Shown here piece by piece: positions 12,023 through 24,105 of a stretch of DNA of 64,000 bases. The position numbers and the translations under genes are program-made. Each line of letters begins with the position of its first letter. Position 1 is the first letter of the stretch. The notes beneath the pieces are model-generated. The model had not been told where the DNA came from. It did not search any database and was given only the letters and a program-made list of their open reading frames with translations. The stretch comes from Octopus vulgaris (lineage: Eukaryota): positions 7,688,001 to 7,752,000 of the forward strand of contig OX597818.1 in NCBI GenBank assembly GCA_951406725.2. The letters run 5' to 3'.

Positions 12023-12285
12023 CGGGCATATGGCGTAGTGGTTAAGAGCGCGGGTTAATAACCTCAAGATTCCTAGTTCGATTCCAGGCAGTGACATGAA
12101 TAGTAATAATAATAATAATAATAATAACATCGACAAATACCATAGAATTGAGAAGTCAGTTTCGAAATTTCCCCAAGACACTTGATGAAGGCTGGAGGGT
12201 CTATTTGCCGAATCGTTGTGTTAACAACAAATAAGATGAGGACAGATATCAATCAATTGTAAAAAATGTAAATAATGTTAAACAT
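12023..12285 (+). mobile_element. tRNA-headed SINE with internal (AAT)n and hammerhead-like tail, copy 1
   Basis: A box TGGCGTAGTGG 12031-12041, B box AGTTCGATTCC 12075-12085, (AAT)n, then a tail shared with 30635-30778 that contains a decayed HHR at 12177-12222. Confidence 0.8.
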
Positions 12286-12289
12286 TCAT

Positions 12290-12470
12290 TCCTACTTTAG
12301 GCATAAGGCCCCCGAAATTTGTGGAGCCAGTCGTTTAGATCAGCCTCAGTACGCAACTAGTACTTATTTTATCGTCCCCGAAAGGATGAAAGGCAAAGTC
12401 GACCTCGGCTGAATTTGAACTGCTAAGCATTTCGACCGGCGTGATAACGTTTCTGCCAGCTCGTCGTCTT
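12290..12470 (-). mobile_element. SINE family A copy
   Basis: Reverse complement of the central domain (CCCCGAAAGGATGAAAGGCAAAGTCGACCTCGGC.GAATTTGAAC). Confidence 0.85.
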
Positions 12471-13244
12471 CAACATATTAAATATTACCCACAATCTGTG
12501 GGTAATATTGTGTTTCGTCCAGTTATATAATAAAACTTATAAATTATACGTTTATATACATACATACGTTCATATAAAACACTTGATAGCATGTAACGAA
12601 TTTGAGGAACGATATTTTTTCTTTCTGTCCACGTTTCAAGAAATACATCTTGTCGGAACTTAAAAGTAGGCAAGCGGACACTTAGTCTATCATTAACGTC
12701 TGGCTTACGTTTGTTTCACATATTTAATATACCGTTGGTTATCTCCCTTATGTTTTTCTGTTTTCTCTTCTTCTTTACAACTGTCACATGTTTAACTGTT
12801 ATCTACTCAAAAGACAACTGACAAACGGTTCTATTATCAACTTGATAAATGGTAGAATGGATTATTATTTTGAGAAGGGTAACCTGAGTTGCTGCAATTG
12901 CAAGATTTGTGGGTTTTTATTTAAGATTATGTGTGTGTGTGTGTTTGTATTACTATATGTTTCTGTGTAACTATGTATATGTCTGTCTAAGTAGGATTGT
13001 TGCAAGAAACTCTAGCGAGAGCGGAAGTGGAAATACTCCAATTATGCGTCTATCGTCCCTCAAATCCTTACACTCTAAGGCAATGCTGCCGAGCCTTTTC
13101 CGAACATCGGCCGGGTTTAAGAAAAAAAAAAAACGGTGCCAGTGGGCCGGAATCACATTTCTAGTCTTTCAATTTTAATACAACTACTTGATATGGTGTG
13201 AAAAATTATTCAGAACTGGAAATATTGATTTCATTATTTTATTT

Positions 13245-13450
13245 ACAGTCATTTGTTTCAGTCGTTTGAGAGTGGCCATGCTGGAGCACCAGTTTTAGTC
13301 GGACAAATCAACTCCAGGCCTTATTATTTGTAAGCCTATTACTTATTCTATCAGTCGCTTTTGCCAAACCGTTAAGTTACGGGGACATAAACACAACAAC
13401 ATCGGTTGTCAAGCGATGGTGGGGAAAAACAGTGACAGGCAGACAGACGC

Positions 13451-13470
<20 letters not shown>
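13245..13470 (-). mobile_element. 3' half of SINE family B
   Basis: Reverse complement of the 30195-30390 tail (GGCCATGCTGGAGCACC; TCGGTTGTCAAGCGATG). Confidence 0.82.
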
Positions 13471-13514
<44 letters not shown>

Positions 13515-14019
13515 GTTTATATATGAAGTGTTGCTAACAAAATGCCAGTGCCTATGGCTCTTGCTTGGAGATGTGGTGGGTAAAGGAAGGCATGTCTCCC
13601 GGGAAGCACCTCTCTTGAGGGTGGATGTGGAAAAAACACATATGCCATACCGTCCCACTAAGGGCCTCCAGTGACATAACAAAACCTGAAAACAAGGCAC
13701 ACGGAGCGCAGAGATGCGAGCTTCCTCCAGAACTGTTTATTGGCAGCCAATAATCATTTATTAATCGAAGAAAAAATAACAGTAGTAAGCTTTTGCGTTA
13801 ATATTAAGGAATAAGCTGAAGACCGACTAACGGGACGGATTCTGAGGTTTCGTGGGCCGGCCGCTGGGCAGCACGGCTCTAGGGCATTCAAACCACTTTT
13901 AGGCCAAATCATATGGATACATATCTCATGCCACACCTTTTTACTTCTGTTGTGTTTTAACCTGCACTACAGAACATCCTCACTTTCAAGAAACCTTAGA
14001 TTTTATAATCACGAATGTA

Positions 14020-14751
14020 TATGAGGAAAAGAGTAATTTGCAAAGCGTAACAGGCTGACCAAATCACAAGAAGATATGATATTTTTGAGGCATATCTAGC
14101 TGATTTTCTTGAAAGCTTTCTATGCAAGGATGAATATTGGGTTCATCACTTTAAGACTTGCAGTGGAAACACCCCTCCTCACCTGCTACATAGAAGACAA
14201 AAATCGTAACATCTGCAGGTAAGGTAATGGCCTCAGTTTTGGGGGGTGAAGAAGACATTGTGTCTATTGACTACTTTCAATAGGGCCGCAGTAATAAATG
14301 AGTGTACTATGCCAACTTGCTGATACAGTTACAAAAGCTTTTCAAGGCCAAGGTAGTAGGAAAACCGACGAAGTGGATTTTAGGTAATCAGGAAAATGCT
14401 CCTGCACACAAATCCTTGGTTTCAATGGATGCTGTGTGTGACTGTGTCTTTTAGCTGGTTGATCAGCCACCCTATTCTTCTGATTTGGCCCTATCTCATT
14501 ATCATCTGTTCACCAACATGAAACAACACTTGGCTGGCGACCAGTATAGCAGTGATTGTGATATCTCATCTGCTGTTGATGAATGTTTTTACCAACAGGA
14601 TGAAAGCTTTTTCCCCACTGGTATCCAAACACCAGGCATCGATGGAAGAAGTGTATTAACCGCAAGAGGAAATGCTAAAAAATAAACCTCATTTGTTTAC
14701 TTTCCACGAGACTATCTTGATCAGCATGTGAAGTTTTCAGCCAAACCTCGT
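14020..14751 (+). mobile_element. Degenerate mariner (DD34D) transposase remnant with right TIR
   Basis: DEYWVHHF, SAGKVMASV, QENAPAHKS, QPPYSSDLALSHYHLF; ends TTTTCAGCCAAACCTCGT. Confidence 0.82.
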
Positions 14752-15019
14752 TGGCCACTGCTTGAAGCATTCGATTTGTACGCCTGAAAATCTCACCTAG
14801 CACTACACACGAGCCCTATAGTTATTTTCCAGTTAAATCTGGAAATAGATTTTACCAGATGAATAGGCTGGAGATTATAGCAGTTTTTATGGCATATAAT
14901 CCACTGAGAATAAGACAGTCCCTTGAGCATAACGCCATTGGCAAGAGTGATACAAGCAGCAATCGGAGGTATGAATTTTCAGCTGTGCTGATTAACTATA
15001 CAACATGCCCCTCATTTTC

Positions 15020-15090
15020 TCTCCCGATCCGAGAATTGAACTCAGGAACTAATTATCGGAGAATAAATGCCTAACCACTACACAATAAAC
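15020..15090 (-). mobile_element. tRNA-derived SINE head or tRNA pseudogene
   Basis: Minus strand TGTGTAGTGGTTAGGCA...GAGTTCAATTCTC (A and B boxes); stems imperfect. Confidence 0.5.
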
Positions 15091-16176
15091 ATTCGTTCTG
15101 AAGTAAAGTACGTGAGATACTTCTAGATATTTCCTCTTATTCGGTGAGATATATCTGTGAAGTATCGACTTCACATAGTTTTTGAAATAATAGTCATCTA
15201 ATGACTAAGTAAATATGCAGAAATATGTAAGATTCAGAATTAGAAATATATAAGTGTATAAAAATCAGATAATTCCAAAAAGACATCATCAATAGAAAAA
15301 AAAAAAGAAAGAGTCAATATTTTCGATTAAGGAAATATTAAAAAAGAAATAAACGAAAGAATGCATTAATAAATAACATCAGTCAATGACTAATAGTAGT
15401 TTATCACTTTCCTAGGAAATAAAATAAACAACTGCAGATATATATGTCTGCCTTTATAGTGAATTTTCTCACAGTTTTCATTTATATCTTTATCGAATCG
15501 AATCTAGGCCCCGCAGATTACTCAAACTCTCATCGATTTCTCGTCATTATGTTTGATTTTCTGTGAGAAGTATAAATTTACGATAATATACTGTCAATAA
15601 CCACGATGATGAAACATTTCGTTAATTGACAAAATTATAGTGTATTTAGAATTTGTATTGAAAATCTATAGCAAACGAAAAAATATTACAACATTGGTTT
15701 GAAAATCGATGCAGACCTGACCATTTCATAATAATTTCATAGTAATGAGGGGAAAGATACATACAAGGGAACTTGGGGATGAAAGAAAGAAATGACTGAA
15801 ATTATGTACACCAAGAAAGCATTTTACAAGGATGGGAATGAATGAGCAGTACCAAATAATAGAGTAAAATATATGTATGAATAAGTGAAATAAGATTTAT
15901 GAAATATAATATAATTTAATATATATTGATATACGCAAATAATTTGGTTTCGGTGATTTTAATTGATAGCACCATCCCTCTGGAGATGCCAGTGAGTGTA
16001 ACTGTTGCTGACATAGCAGTTATTACAATACAATGTTTGAAGAATTGAATCACGAAAGACAATATGCATGTGATACGAAAATTATTTGCGATTGTGTATA
16101 TAATTGCGAGTGTGCTAGATATAATGCAAGAAATGCCACTTCGATGTTTACGAACGCTTTAGGATAGGCAAATGAG

Positions 16177-17420
16177 ACAGGCGAAAAGGAGGAATCCACC
16201 AAGATACCCAGGTCCTTTACCTGATCGGTCCTCTCCAGCAGCAGACGACCCGGCTCGAAATCAAGTTGAGTTGCAGGAGGAGAGCCAACAGGCAGATGAC
16301 AGCATTTTGACACGTTCAGACACATGTCCCATTCGTTAGACCATCTCCAAATTTGGTGGAGGCATCGACGAAGATCCTCTATATTATCGCGAGGAGCGAC
16401 CAGTTTGACATCGTCGGCAAATAGAAGGTTGTGTTGCGTGAGGTCATCGGGCAAGTCATTTATGAAGACTAAGAACAATAAGGGCCCAAGCACTGAACCT
16501 TGAGGTACGCCACTGCTCGCACTGGAGACGTCGGACCGCGAACCATTAACTTGGACATGGAAAGAGCGATCTGAGAGGAAGGCACCAGCCCATCGTACAA
16601 CATCCGGATGGAAACTATATGCTTGAAGCTTGACAAGTAATAGGCGGTGGTTTACCGATTCAAAAGCTTTGGCAAAGTCCAATAATACGATGTCAACAGC
16701 ATCACTATCATCGAGGATGCGCGTCACCAATTCTTCCATTACCAGTAAGTTGGTCAAGCATGATCTCTTCTGCACGAAGCCGTGTTGGGAATCAGAGATA
16801 GAGGCTGTGTTTTGGAGGTGGAGCATCATACTTTTCTTAAGGGTGATTTCGAACATCTTGCTGATTATTGATGTAAGGGAAACCGGTTGGTAGTTAAGCG
16901 GGTCTTCGCGGCTCCCTTTCTTGAAAATTGGGCAGATTATCGCTGTTCTCCAGTCCGCAAGTATAGCACCAGTCGCCAATGACATATTGAATAGACGTGT
17001 TATGGGCTCGCAGATGACCGGAGCCAACGCTTTGATAACCCGTGGGTGTATGCCGTCTGGGCCGTGACCCTTGTTGACATCGAGGCCTTGAATAACGCGT
17101 TCGACTTCGTCCCTCGTGATGACCAATCGAAGCATTGGAGGTACCGATCTATCAAATGGAGGGGGTTCACGACCATCATCTTGTTTGAAAATAGTTGAAA
17201 AAGCCTCGGCAAATAATTGACTCTGTTGATAAAGGCCCGCAATCGATACGCCTGTCGAGTCTACCAATTTGCAATTTGGTTGTTCAAGCGAGAATTCCGT
17301 TGGACATGGAAAAAAGAATGTTTTTGGATTGCTACTGGCGTTTGCTGCGATTCTGTATTCATATCTGAAGCGTTCTTCCTTTTCAATTTTCACGGCTCGG
17401 TCTCGTTGAGTTTTGTACAC
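16177..17420 (-). pseudogene. LINE ORF2 reverse transcriptase domain
   Basis: GPDGIHP, PIFKKG, NYQPVSLTS, QHGF, DFAKAF, GVPQGSVLGPLLF, FADDVKL, KDLGI; homology is lost after VDSSFSP. Confidence 0.93.
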
Positions 17421-17459
17421 CTTAAAAGCTGCAGTCGAATCAAGATTTTTGAATTCAGC

Positions 17460-18449
17460 TCAAGCAATATCTCTGAGTCGAAGTTCTCGTTTAACCTTCT
17501 TCGTCACCCGGGGCTTGTGTTTCTTCTTCTTGGGAAGCCCGACGGGAACTGCTTGGTCAGTCAACCAGATTACATATGCTTTGAGGGACGCCCATAGTTC
17601 GTCAACTGAGGACAATGTCATCAGGGATCGCCAGTCCAGAAGCGCGGAAGCCTCGGTTAGAATTTCAAGATTAATTGCAGAGAAGACTCTACATGGCAGC
17701 GAGGTAGTCGTGGGCGTAGAAAAAGTTGTGTGCATGACGAACTTCAGGACCGCATGATCACTCTTGGCAAGAGGGGCGCACACAGATACGTCTGACACTG
17801 ATCTTGGATAGCGGGAGAATACCAGATCCAGCATAGATGGCTGCTGCCCAGACCGATGCCTTGTCGGATATTCAACATGTTGCGATAGAAAACAATCTTC
17901 AGCTACGACAAGAAGGGCCTGGCCGAACCGGGAAGATGGTGTATAAATTGATGCGGGCCAATCGATCGTGGGAGCGTTGAAGTCTCCTAATATCAAACAG
18001 TCATGAGAAGCTGAAACGAATCTTATCGCTTCGAGTAAATGAGCATCGTCCTGGGGGTCGGCAAGAGGCGGCCTGTAGACAGCTATCACGGGCAGGCAAA
18101 AACCGGATAGGTTCAGCTTGCAATAGACGACATCGAATTTTGTTGTAGGTTGAGCATTAGTGGGTAGAATACCGCTGGACGGTTTGAGATCAGATTTAAC
18201 ATACACAGCAACACCTCCGACTCGCCTTTTTTCTCTGTCACATCTGAAGAGGGCGTAGCCCTGTAGGTGGATTTCCGAGTCCTTTACTGCTGGAGTCAGC
18301 CAAGTCTCGGTGATAGCTATCACATCAGGGGAATCACGCATGGCCAGTGTAAATAGTTCGCTGAACTTTGGAAATAAGGAGCACGAGTTGGTATAGACGA
18401 GGGGCGGGAATTGGGGAACAAGTAGAATAAGGGGTATCAGAGATAGCAT
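17460..18449 (-). pseudogene. LINE ORF2 apurinic endonuclease domain
   Basis: PDVIAITETWL, GGVAVYVK, VYRPP, LGDFNAP, LDLVF, SDH; in frame with the RT ORF and separated by one TGA. Confidence 0.93.
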
Positions 18450-18464
18450 CGTTGACGGGGGTAT

Positions 18465-19219
18465 CTACTTTACTTCGATTCGCCCTCGATTCACTTTCCC
18501 TGTCAGCACTACAGTATGCGACCAGAGGTAGGACTTGATTATTTGTCCATCTTGGATGCGTAAACCCTTCTCTTCCATCTGTTTTCTCATCTTCAGTTCG
18601 GATATTAGGTTTCTCCGGCGAATTCTCTCTCTCAGTGAGTATTCCTCGCGAAAACCCATATTGGGGTCCTCCCAAGCATGCATCTGAGCTCTGTTCAGAA
18701 AGGTTGAAGCCTCTTGATCGGAAGAAAAGATTACTCTTATTGGGCGTAGTCTTGTGTCTGAGGTTGAGTTCGCTTGGAATCTTCCTAGCCGAGCGACCTT
18801 ATGGATACTGACATTTACGTTGACAGAGAACAATTCTCTGACTAAAACGGAAACAAAATTTATGTCTTCTTTTAGGCGGTTTATACCTGTATCACAGGTG
18901 GATTCAGCTTTACCATAAATGATTGCTGATCTTGAGTGGGCAAAATGGTCTTTCTGTTCTCCACTTGAGCTGCGGCATTCGATTCTTCGTTGGATGATTT
19001 CGAAAGGGTGGCTTCATAGCCATCAGACTTACGTCGGCCTTTTGCGTTGATCGGAATGAGTTTAGTGGTCATAACTTTCCCGCCTGGTTTGGAACTGCAC
19101 TGCCTCTTCTTCGGTTTGGAGGAGCACCACTCCCCAGATGAACTCACATCAAAATCCTTCAGAATTGGTTGAGCAATGGCGTTAATGGGAAGGACAAGTG
19201 AGGGAGAATCCAAACACAT
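18465..19219 (-). pseudogene. LINE ORF1 remnant (frameshifted)
   Basis: RLG...RPIRVIF...FREEYSLRER motif typical of CR1-group ORF1; lies directly upstream of ORF2. Confidence 0.65.
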
Positions 19220-19282
19220 TTTATCGTGTGCAGGTTTCGTAGCTAAATCTGCCCCACTGGAGTTTTGACTACATTTCTTCTT

Positions 19283-20040
19283 TTTGGGTATGGCATGGAT
19301 AGACTACAGTAAAGCGTTTGATATTGTCCCACTTAAATGGCTACTCAACGCCCTTGAGAAATATGAGATCTTTCCTGTTTTCTCCAAATTCTTACTAAGT
19401 AGCACTGGCAAATGCAACACACGTCTACTTTTAAACCATAGTTATGGGATGAGACAATCTAGCAACATGAAACGACACATCTTTCAAGATGACTCCCTCC
19501 CCCTATTGCTCATTTGCATGGTACTGATCTCACTCTCAAACGAACTAAATAGCACCAGGTACGGGTTCAAAGTTAATAATACGACAATAAACCATCCCTT
19601 TTATATGGACTATCTGAAGCTGTTTGCTAGAAATGAGTTAAAGGGGCTGCTAACAACTGTTAAAGAGTTCAGCAATGATATCGTAATTAATTTTGGCCTT
19701 GATAACTGTGCTAAAGCAATATTTGTAAGAGGCAAGATCCGGCAAATAGCTTACATTAAATTTGATACCGACACTGCTATCAAGGAGCTTGATCCACAAA
19801 TATCTGAGGATAAAGAAAGATGGTATACAGCATGCTATTATGAAGGAAAAAATAAGAAAAACGTATTACAGGAGAATAAGACTCATGCTAAATACTTAAC
19901 TCGAAAAATAGCCTTAGAACGATTATCACCCTGGACCCCAGTAGTCTAATACAGTTTTAACTTCATTAACTGGAATTTTTCAGAGCTCCGAAGTCTGGAT
20001 AGGAAGACAAGAAAAATGCTAACATCTAAGAAAGAGTCAA
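19283..20040 (+). mobile_element. R4/Dong-like RT fragment
   Basis: MAWIDYSKAFD, IFQDDSLPLLL, YMDYLKLF, FGLDNCAK. Confidence 0.85.
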
Positions 20041-20049
20041 TTGAAGTAA

Positions 20050-22475
20050 ACACCTGATATGAAAGAAGTAGCGACATTTTTTAAAAGTACATGAAGTGAT
20101 AAGGAATTCAACAAAGAATGGGTAGGGAAAGAAGAAGAAGAATGGCTAAGATTGAAGGACAGGGATGGAACGATATTACAATTTAGGAACTAACTCAAGT
20201 TCTATCCAAAGCTCATAAATGGAAGGCTCCTGGAATGATAAAATCCCAAACTTCTGGATTAATAGGCTCTCATCATCACACCGGCAGTTAGTGGTACGTT
20301 TCGCTAAATTCGTAAGAAACCCCGAAACGACTTCAAGCTGGATATCATTAGAGATAGCATACATGCACCCTAAAGCGTTCGACAAAAGAACCCGAAAACT
20401 ACAGGTCGAGGTCTTGTTTAACCACAATGTACAAAATACATCCATCCCCACTGAAAGAATGTATGAATTTCTCGATGAAAACAACATCCTTCCCCTTGCA
20501 TAACAAGGGTACAAATCAAACCCAATACGACTGCAGAGACCAGCTATTAATAAATCTTCTGATACTCGAAAATTGCTCATCTAGAAAACAAAATATTTGC
20601 ACAGAATGGATCAATTATTGTAAGGCATTTGACAGAGTCTCACCTAGCTGGATTTGAAAGGCAAAAGATATATAGATCTCTCCTTTCGTAAAAGGTTTTC
20701 TGCAGCACAGTATAAAGCTTTGGAACACAATGTTATTTCTGGACCATGAACAAGGCTCGTTTGTGTTAGAGAACATCAAAATAGATCGTTGACTATTCCA
20801 AGGCGATTCACTGTCTTCTGTATTTTCCTACTCTTCTGTATTTTCCTCATTTTCATGCCCCACGTCCCACGTGCTGAATGGAACAGACTAACGTTACACA
20901 ATGTTTCAAAAGATCATCTCACACTTGCTCTATATGGACGACTTGAAGTTATATGCAAAACACATGATAAGGATTGGAACGGGTAACTAGTAACTGTAAA
21001 AAAAATTCAATATAACATCAATATAGAATTTGGCCTTGCGATGTGTGGATAATCGTCGTTCAGACGAGGTAAACTGACATCTAATATCACAACCCAACTT
21101 GATCATAATACATCTATCAAGGATTCGGTTCAAGAAATCCTCTATAAGTATTTTGGGATATACGAAGGGAAAGGGACTCAACACGGATCAATGACAGAGA
21201 AAATCAGGAAAGAGTATTATAGACGTATCAGAATGGTTCTGAATATTGAGCTCAACTGTCAGAATAGAATTGCAGGCGGTACCAGCTGTCAAGTATCACC
21301 TTAATATCATCAATAAGAATCTGAATGATCCCCAGAGTATGAACAAGGCAAGGCAACTGCTGACACTAAGCATGATGCGTCATTCAAACTCAGACCTCTA
21401 GAGGCTCTATTCCCCACGAAAAGAAGGCGGCAGATGTCTAGTACATTTTGAAACGTCCTATAATACGACTACGAGAAGACCTCAAGTGTACGTCTAAAGT
21501 AACACAGACTGGATGATATAGCCGGTAAGGCAAGATGTGGACAGTAAGAAATTGCACCTAATTTCAAAGGAGGCATACGAATACAGAAGAGAGCTTGACC
21601 TCTCTGAAGATGATGATGATGATAAGGTCAAACCTACCAGTAAGGCAGCAAAACAGTGCAAAACAAAGGCTGAACAGGTAAGCTTTAAGAAAATATCGAG
21701 ACTGTGACAAGAAAAACTATTATAAAGGCAATAGCCTAAACGAGCTGGGGAACCCGTGAATGGCTGCAGTGTGTTGGTTTGAAAGCCAAAGCATAAGGAT
21801 TCATCCTAGTATCACAAGATCAGAGTCTCCTTACTCGGAACTATCAAGCTAATGTCACACACAATGAGGTAGACCCAAAGTGTAGAATTTGTGATGAAAA
21901 ACTTGAGAGTATTGAACATATTGATGTCGGTTGCTCAGTCCTTGCCATTACAGAACTAGGTATGATCGAGTTGATCAATACTTGCGTTGGAGATTATGCT
22001 GTCATTATGGTATCACGCATTCTAAGAACTGATACGAACACCCTCCAGAACCAGTCACTCAGGGAGAGAATATGGATTATGCAATACATACAGGCACGCA
22101 AATAAATGCTAACAAACGAGACATCGTCATCAAAGACTCAAAACAGAAATCATGCACTTTAAAAGAAAAATCCTGCGTATGGTATGAGAAACATCTCAGC
22201 AAACGAATTTGAAAAACTGTAGATCTTGAGATTGAGATATCTAGGACGTGGTAATTAAAAACCAATACTATCTTTGTTGTTGTAGGTGCCCTAGGAATGA
22301 TCAATAAAGGTACGGCTTTTTTTTACCATATCCCTGGGAAACCAACATTATATGAGACTTAACAACGTGTGTGGAAATGAAACACCCACATCCTTAGGAA
22401 GTTTCACCCTATCTAATATATACATACCTTAGGCCTCTGGTTGAGGTCCGGTCAGAAGATGAAATAATATAAATC
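20050..22475 (+). mobile_element. Degenerate R4/Dong-like LINE (RT, CCHC knuckle, RLE)
   Basis: WKAPGM, IPNFWI, CRDQLLIN, LYMDDLKLYAK, KCRIC...IEHI..GC, NKRDIVIKD, VVGALGMI; followed by (AAT)n/(GAT)n. Confidence 0.85.
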
Positions 22476-22502
22476 AATTCTATAATGATGATGATGATAA
22501 TG

Positions 22503-22575
<73 letters not shown>

Positions 22576-22662
22576 CGATGATGATGATGATGATGTTAAT
22601 AATAATAATAATAATAAAAAAATAATAACAACAACAATAATAATAATGCTAATAATAATAAT

Positions 22663-23198
22663 GCCCTGATGAAGTACCAGGCAGTGGCTCTCATGTCTTC
22701 TGATCTTAACTGATTGAAAGTGTTATCATGTACATTGTTTTGTCTTGGTATAAAATATGGGCTACAACAAATAAACTCTCAATACCACACAGATTTGCTT
22801 GTTAGTTGTTTGACATTGAGCATGTCCCTTAGTGGCTTATGATGTGATCACGAGCAGAAGTAGTGGGGGAGCATTATAACCATGTGTTGAAAGAAATTCT
22901 TTATTGTTTAGATAATTCACATTTGGAAACATGGGTGTTTCGTTCAACATTCTTAAAAACCCTTATTCAGGGACCTTCTGAGTTGGATGGGCTATTTGAC
23001 CCCACGAAAATTCTAACTGGGCCCCATCTGTAAGGTCATACGCTGTTTATCTTGATATGAGATCACCATGTCGCGCACACATGGTTGTGATGCATGTGTC
23101 CTGTGTACCTTTATCAAACGGGTAGTCATGATGGATATATTGGGCTTCGTATATTTTACCCCAGTATCACTTAGATACCATGTACTGCTTTCTCATTC
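22663..23198. mobile_element. ~550-bp repeat, full copy within (AAT)n
   Basis: Co-linear with 253-806 and has the same termini. Confidence 0.82.
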
Positions 23199-23231
23199 AA
23201 CAACAACAACAACAACAACAATAACAATAAA

Positions 23232-23289
<58 letters not shown>

Positions 23290-23291
<2 letters not shown>

Positions 23292-23417
23292 CCTTTCTAC
23301 TATACGCAAAAGGCCTGAAAGTTTGGGGTAAGGTTCTAGTCGATTACATCGATCCCAGTGGGTAAATGTTACTTGATGATGATGACGATGATGATGATGA
23401 TGATGACAATGATGATG

Positions 23418-23485
<68 letters not shown>

Positions 23486-24105
23486 AAGAAGAAGAAGAAG
23501 AATCGCAAGGCCTGATATTTGAGAGGAGAGGACTAGTCGATTACATCCACCCAAGATTTTCACAGGTACTGGTAATTAATTTATCGACCGCGAAATCATG
23601 AAATGCAAAGACAACCTCGGTGGAATTTCAAATAAAAAGTTAAGACTAATAATATTAATTTCAAATTTTGAAACAAGGCCAACAGTTTCGGGTGAGAGAG
23701 TGTGTCGATTACATCGGCGTCAATGCTCAGCTGGTACTTATGTTTTATAGTCCTTGAAAGTTTAAAAGGCAAAGTCAGTCTCGGAGGAATTTGAACTTTG
23801 AACGTAAAGACGGAGAAACGACCGCTAATAATTTCATCCGATGTAGTAAATATTTTGCCACTTAGCCGCCTAAAATACAACTACTATTAACAATATTCCT
23901 TTCTATTATAGGCGCAAAGCCTGAAATCTAGAGGAGGGAGTTACTCGATCACATACATTGACCCTGGTAGTCAACTGGTTCTTATTTCATCGATCCCGAA
24001 ACGATGAAAAACAAAGTTGAGCTTGGTAGAATTTGAACTCGGAAAAATGGAAGAAATGTCTCTAGGCATACTGCTCGGTGCGTTAACGATGCTGTCAGTT
24101 CACTA
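23290..24105 (-). mobile_element. Cluster of about 4 SINE family A copies separated by microsatellites
   Basis: Repeated AGGCCTGA...GTCGATTACATCGA...GGTACT.ATTTTATCGA...AAAGTC...GAATTTGAACT. Confidence 0.75.

Larger units (their letters stand above)
16177..19272 (-). mobile_element. CR1-type LINE (ORF1, APE, RT), truncated at both ends
   Basis: GC-rich block with ORF1 pieces 18881..19219 and 18465..18833, followed by ORF2. Confidence 0.92.

Noticed and set aside
12023-12095. Functional tRNA gene
   Set aside because: Acceptor and anticodon stems are imperfect, and it is joined to a repeat body, so it is a SINE head.
15935-15990. Minus-strand GGTG...CACC-GAAAC
   Set aside because: The first core box and stem I cannot be identified.
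22663-22700. CTGATGA at the start of the 550-bp repeat
   Set aside because: The other full copy reads CTGATGC, and no stem II or GAAA follows.
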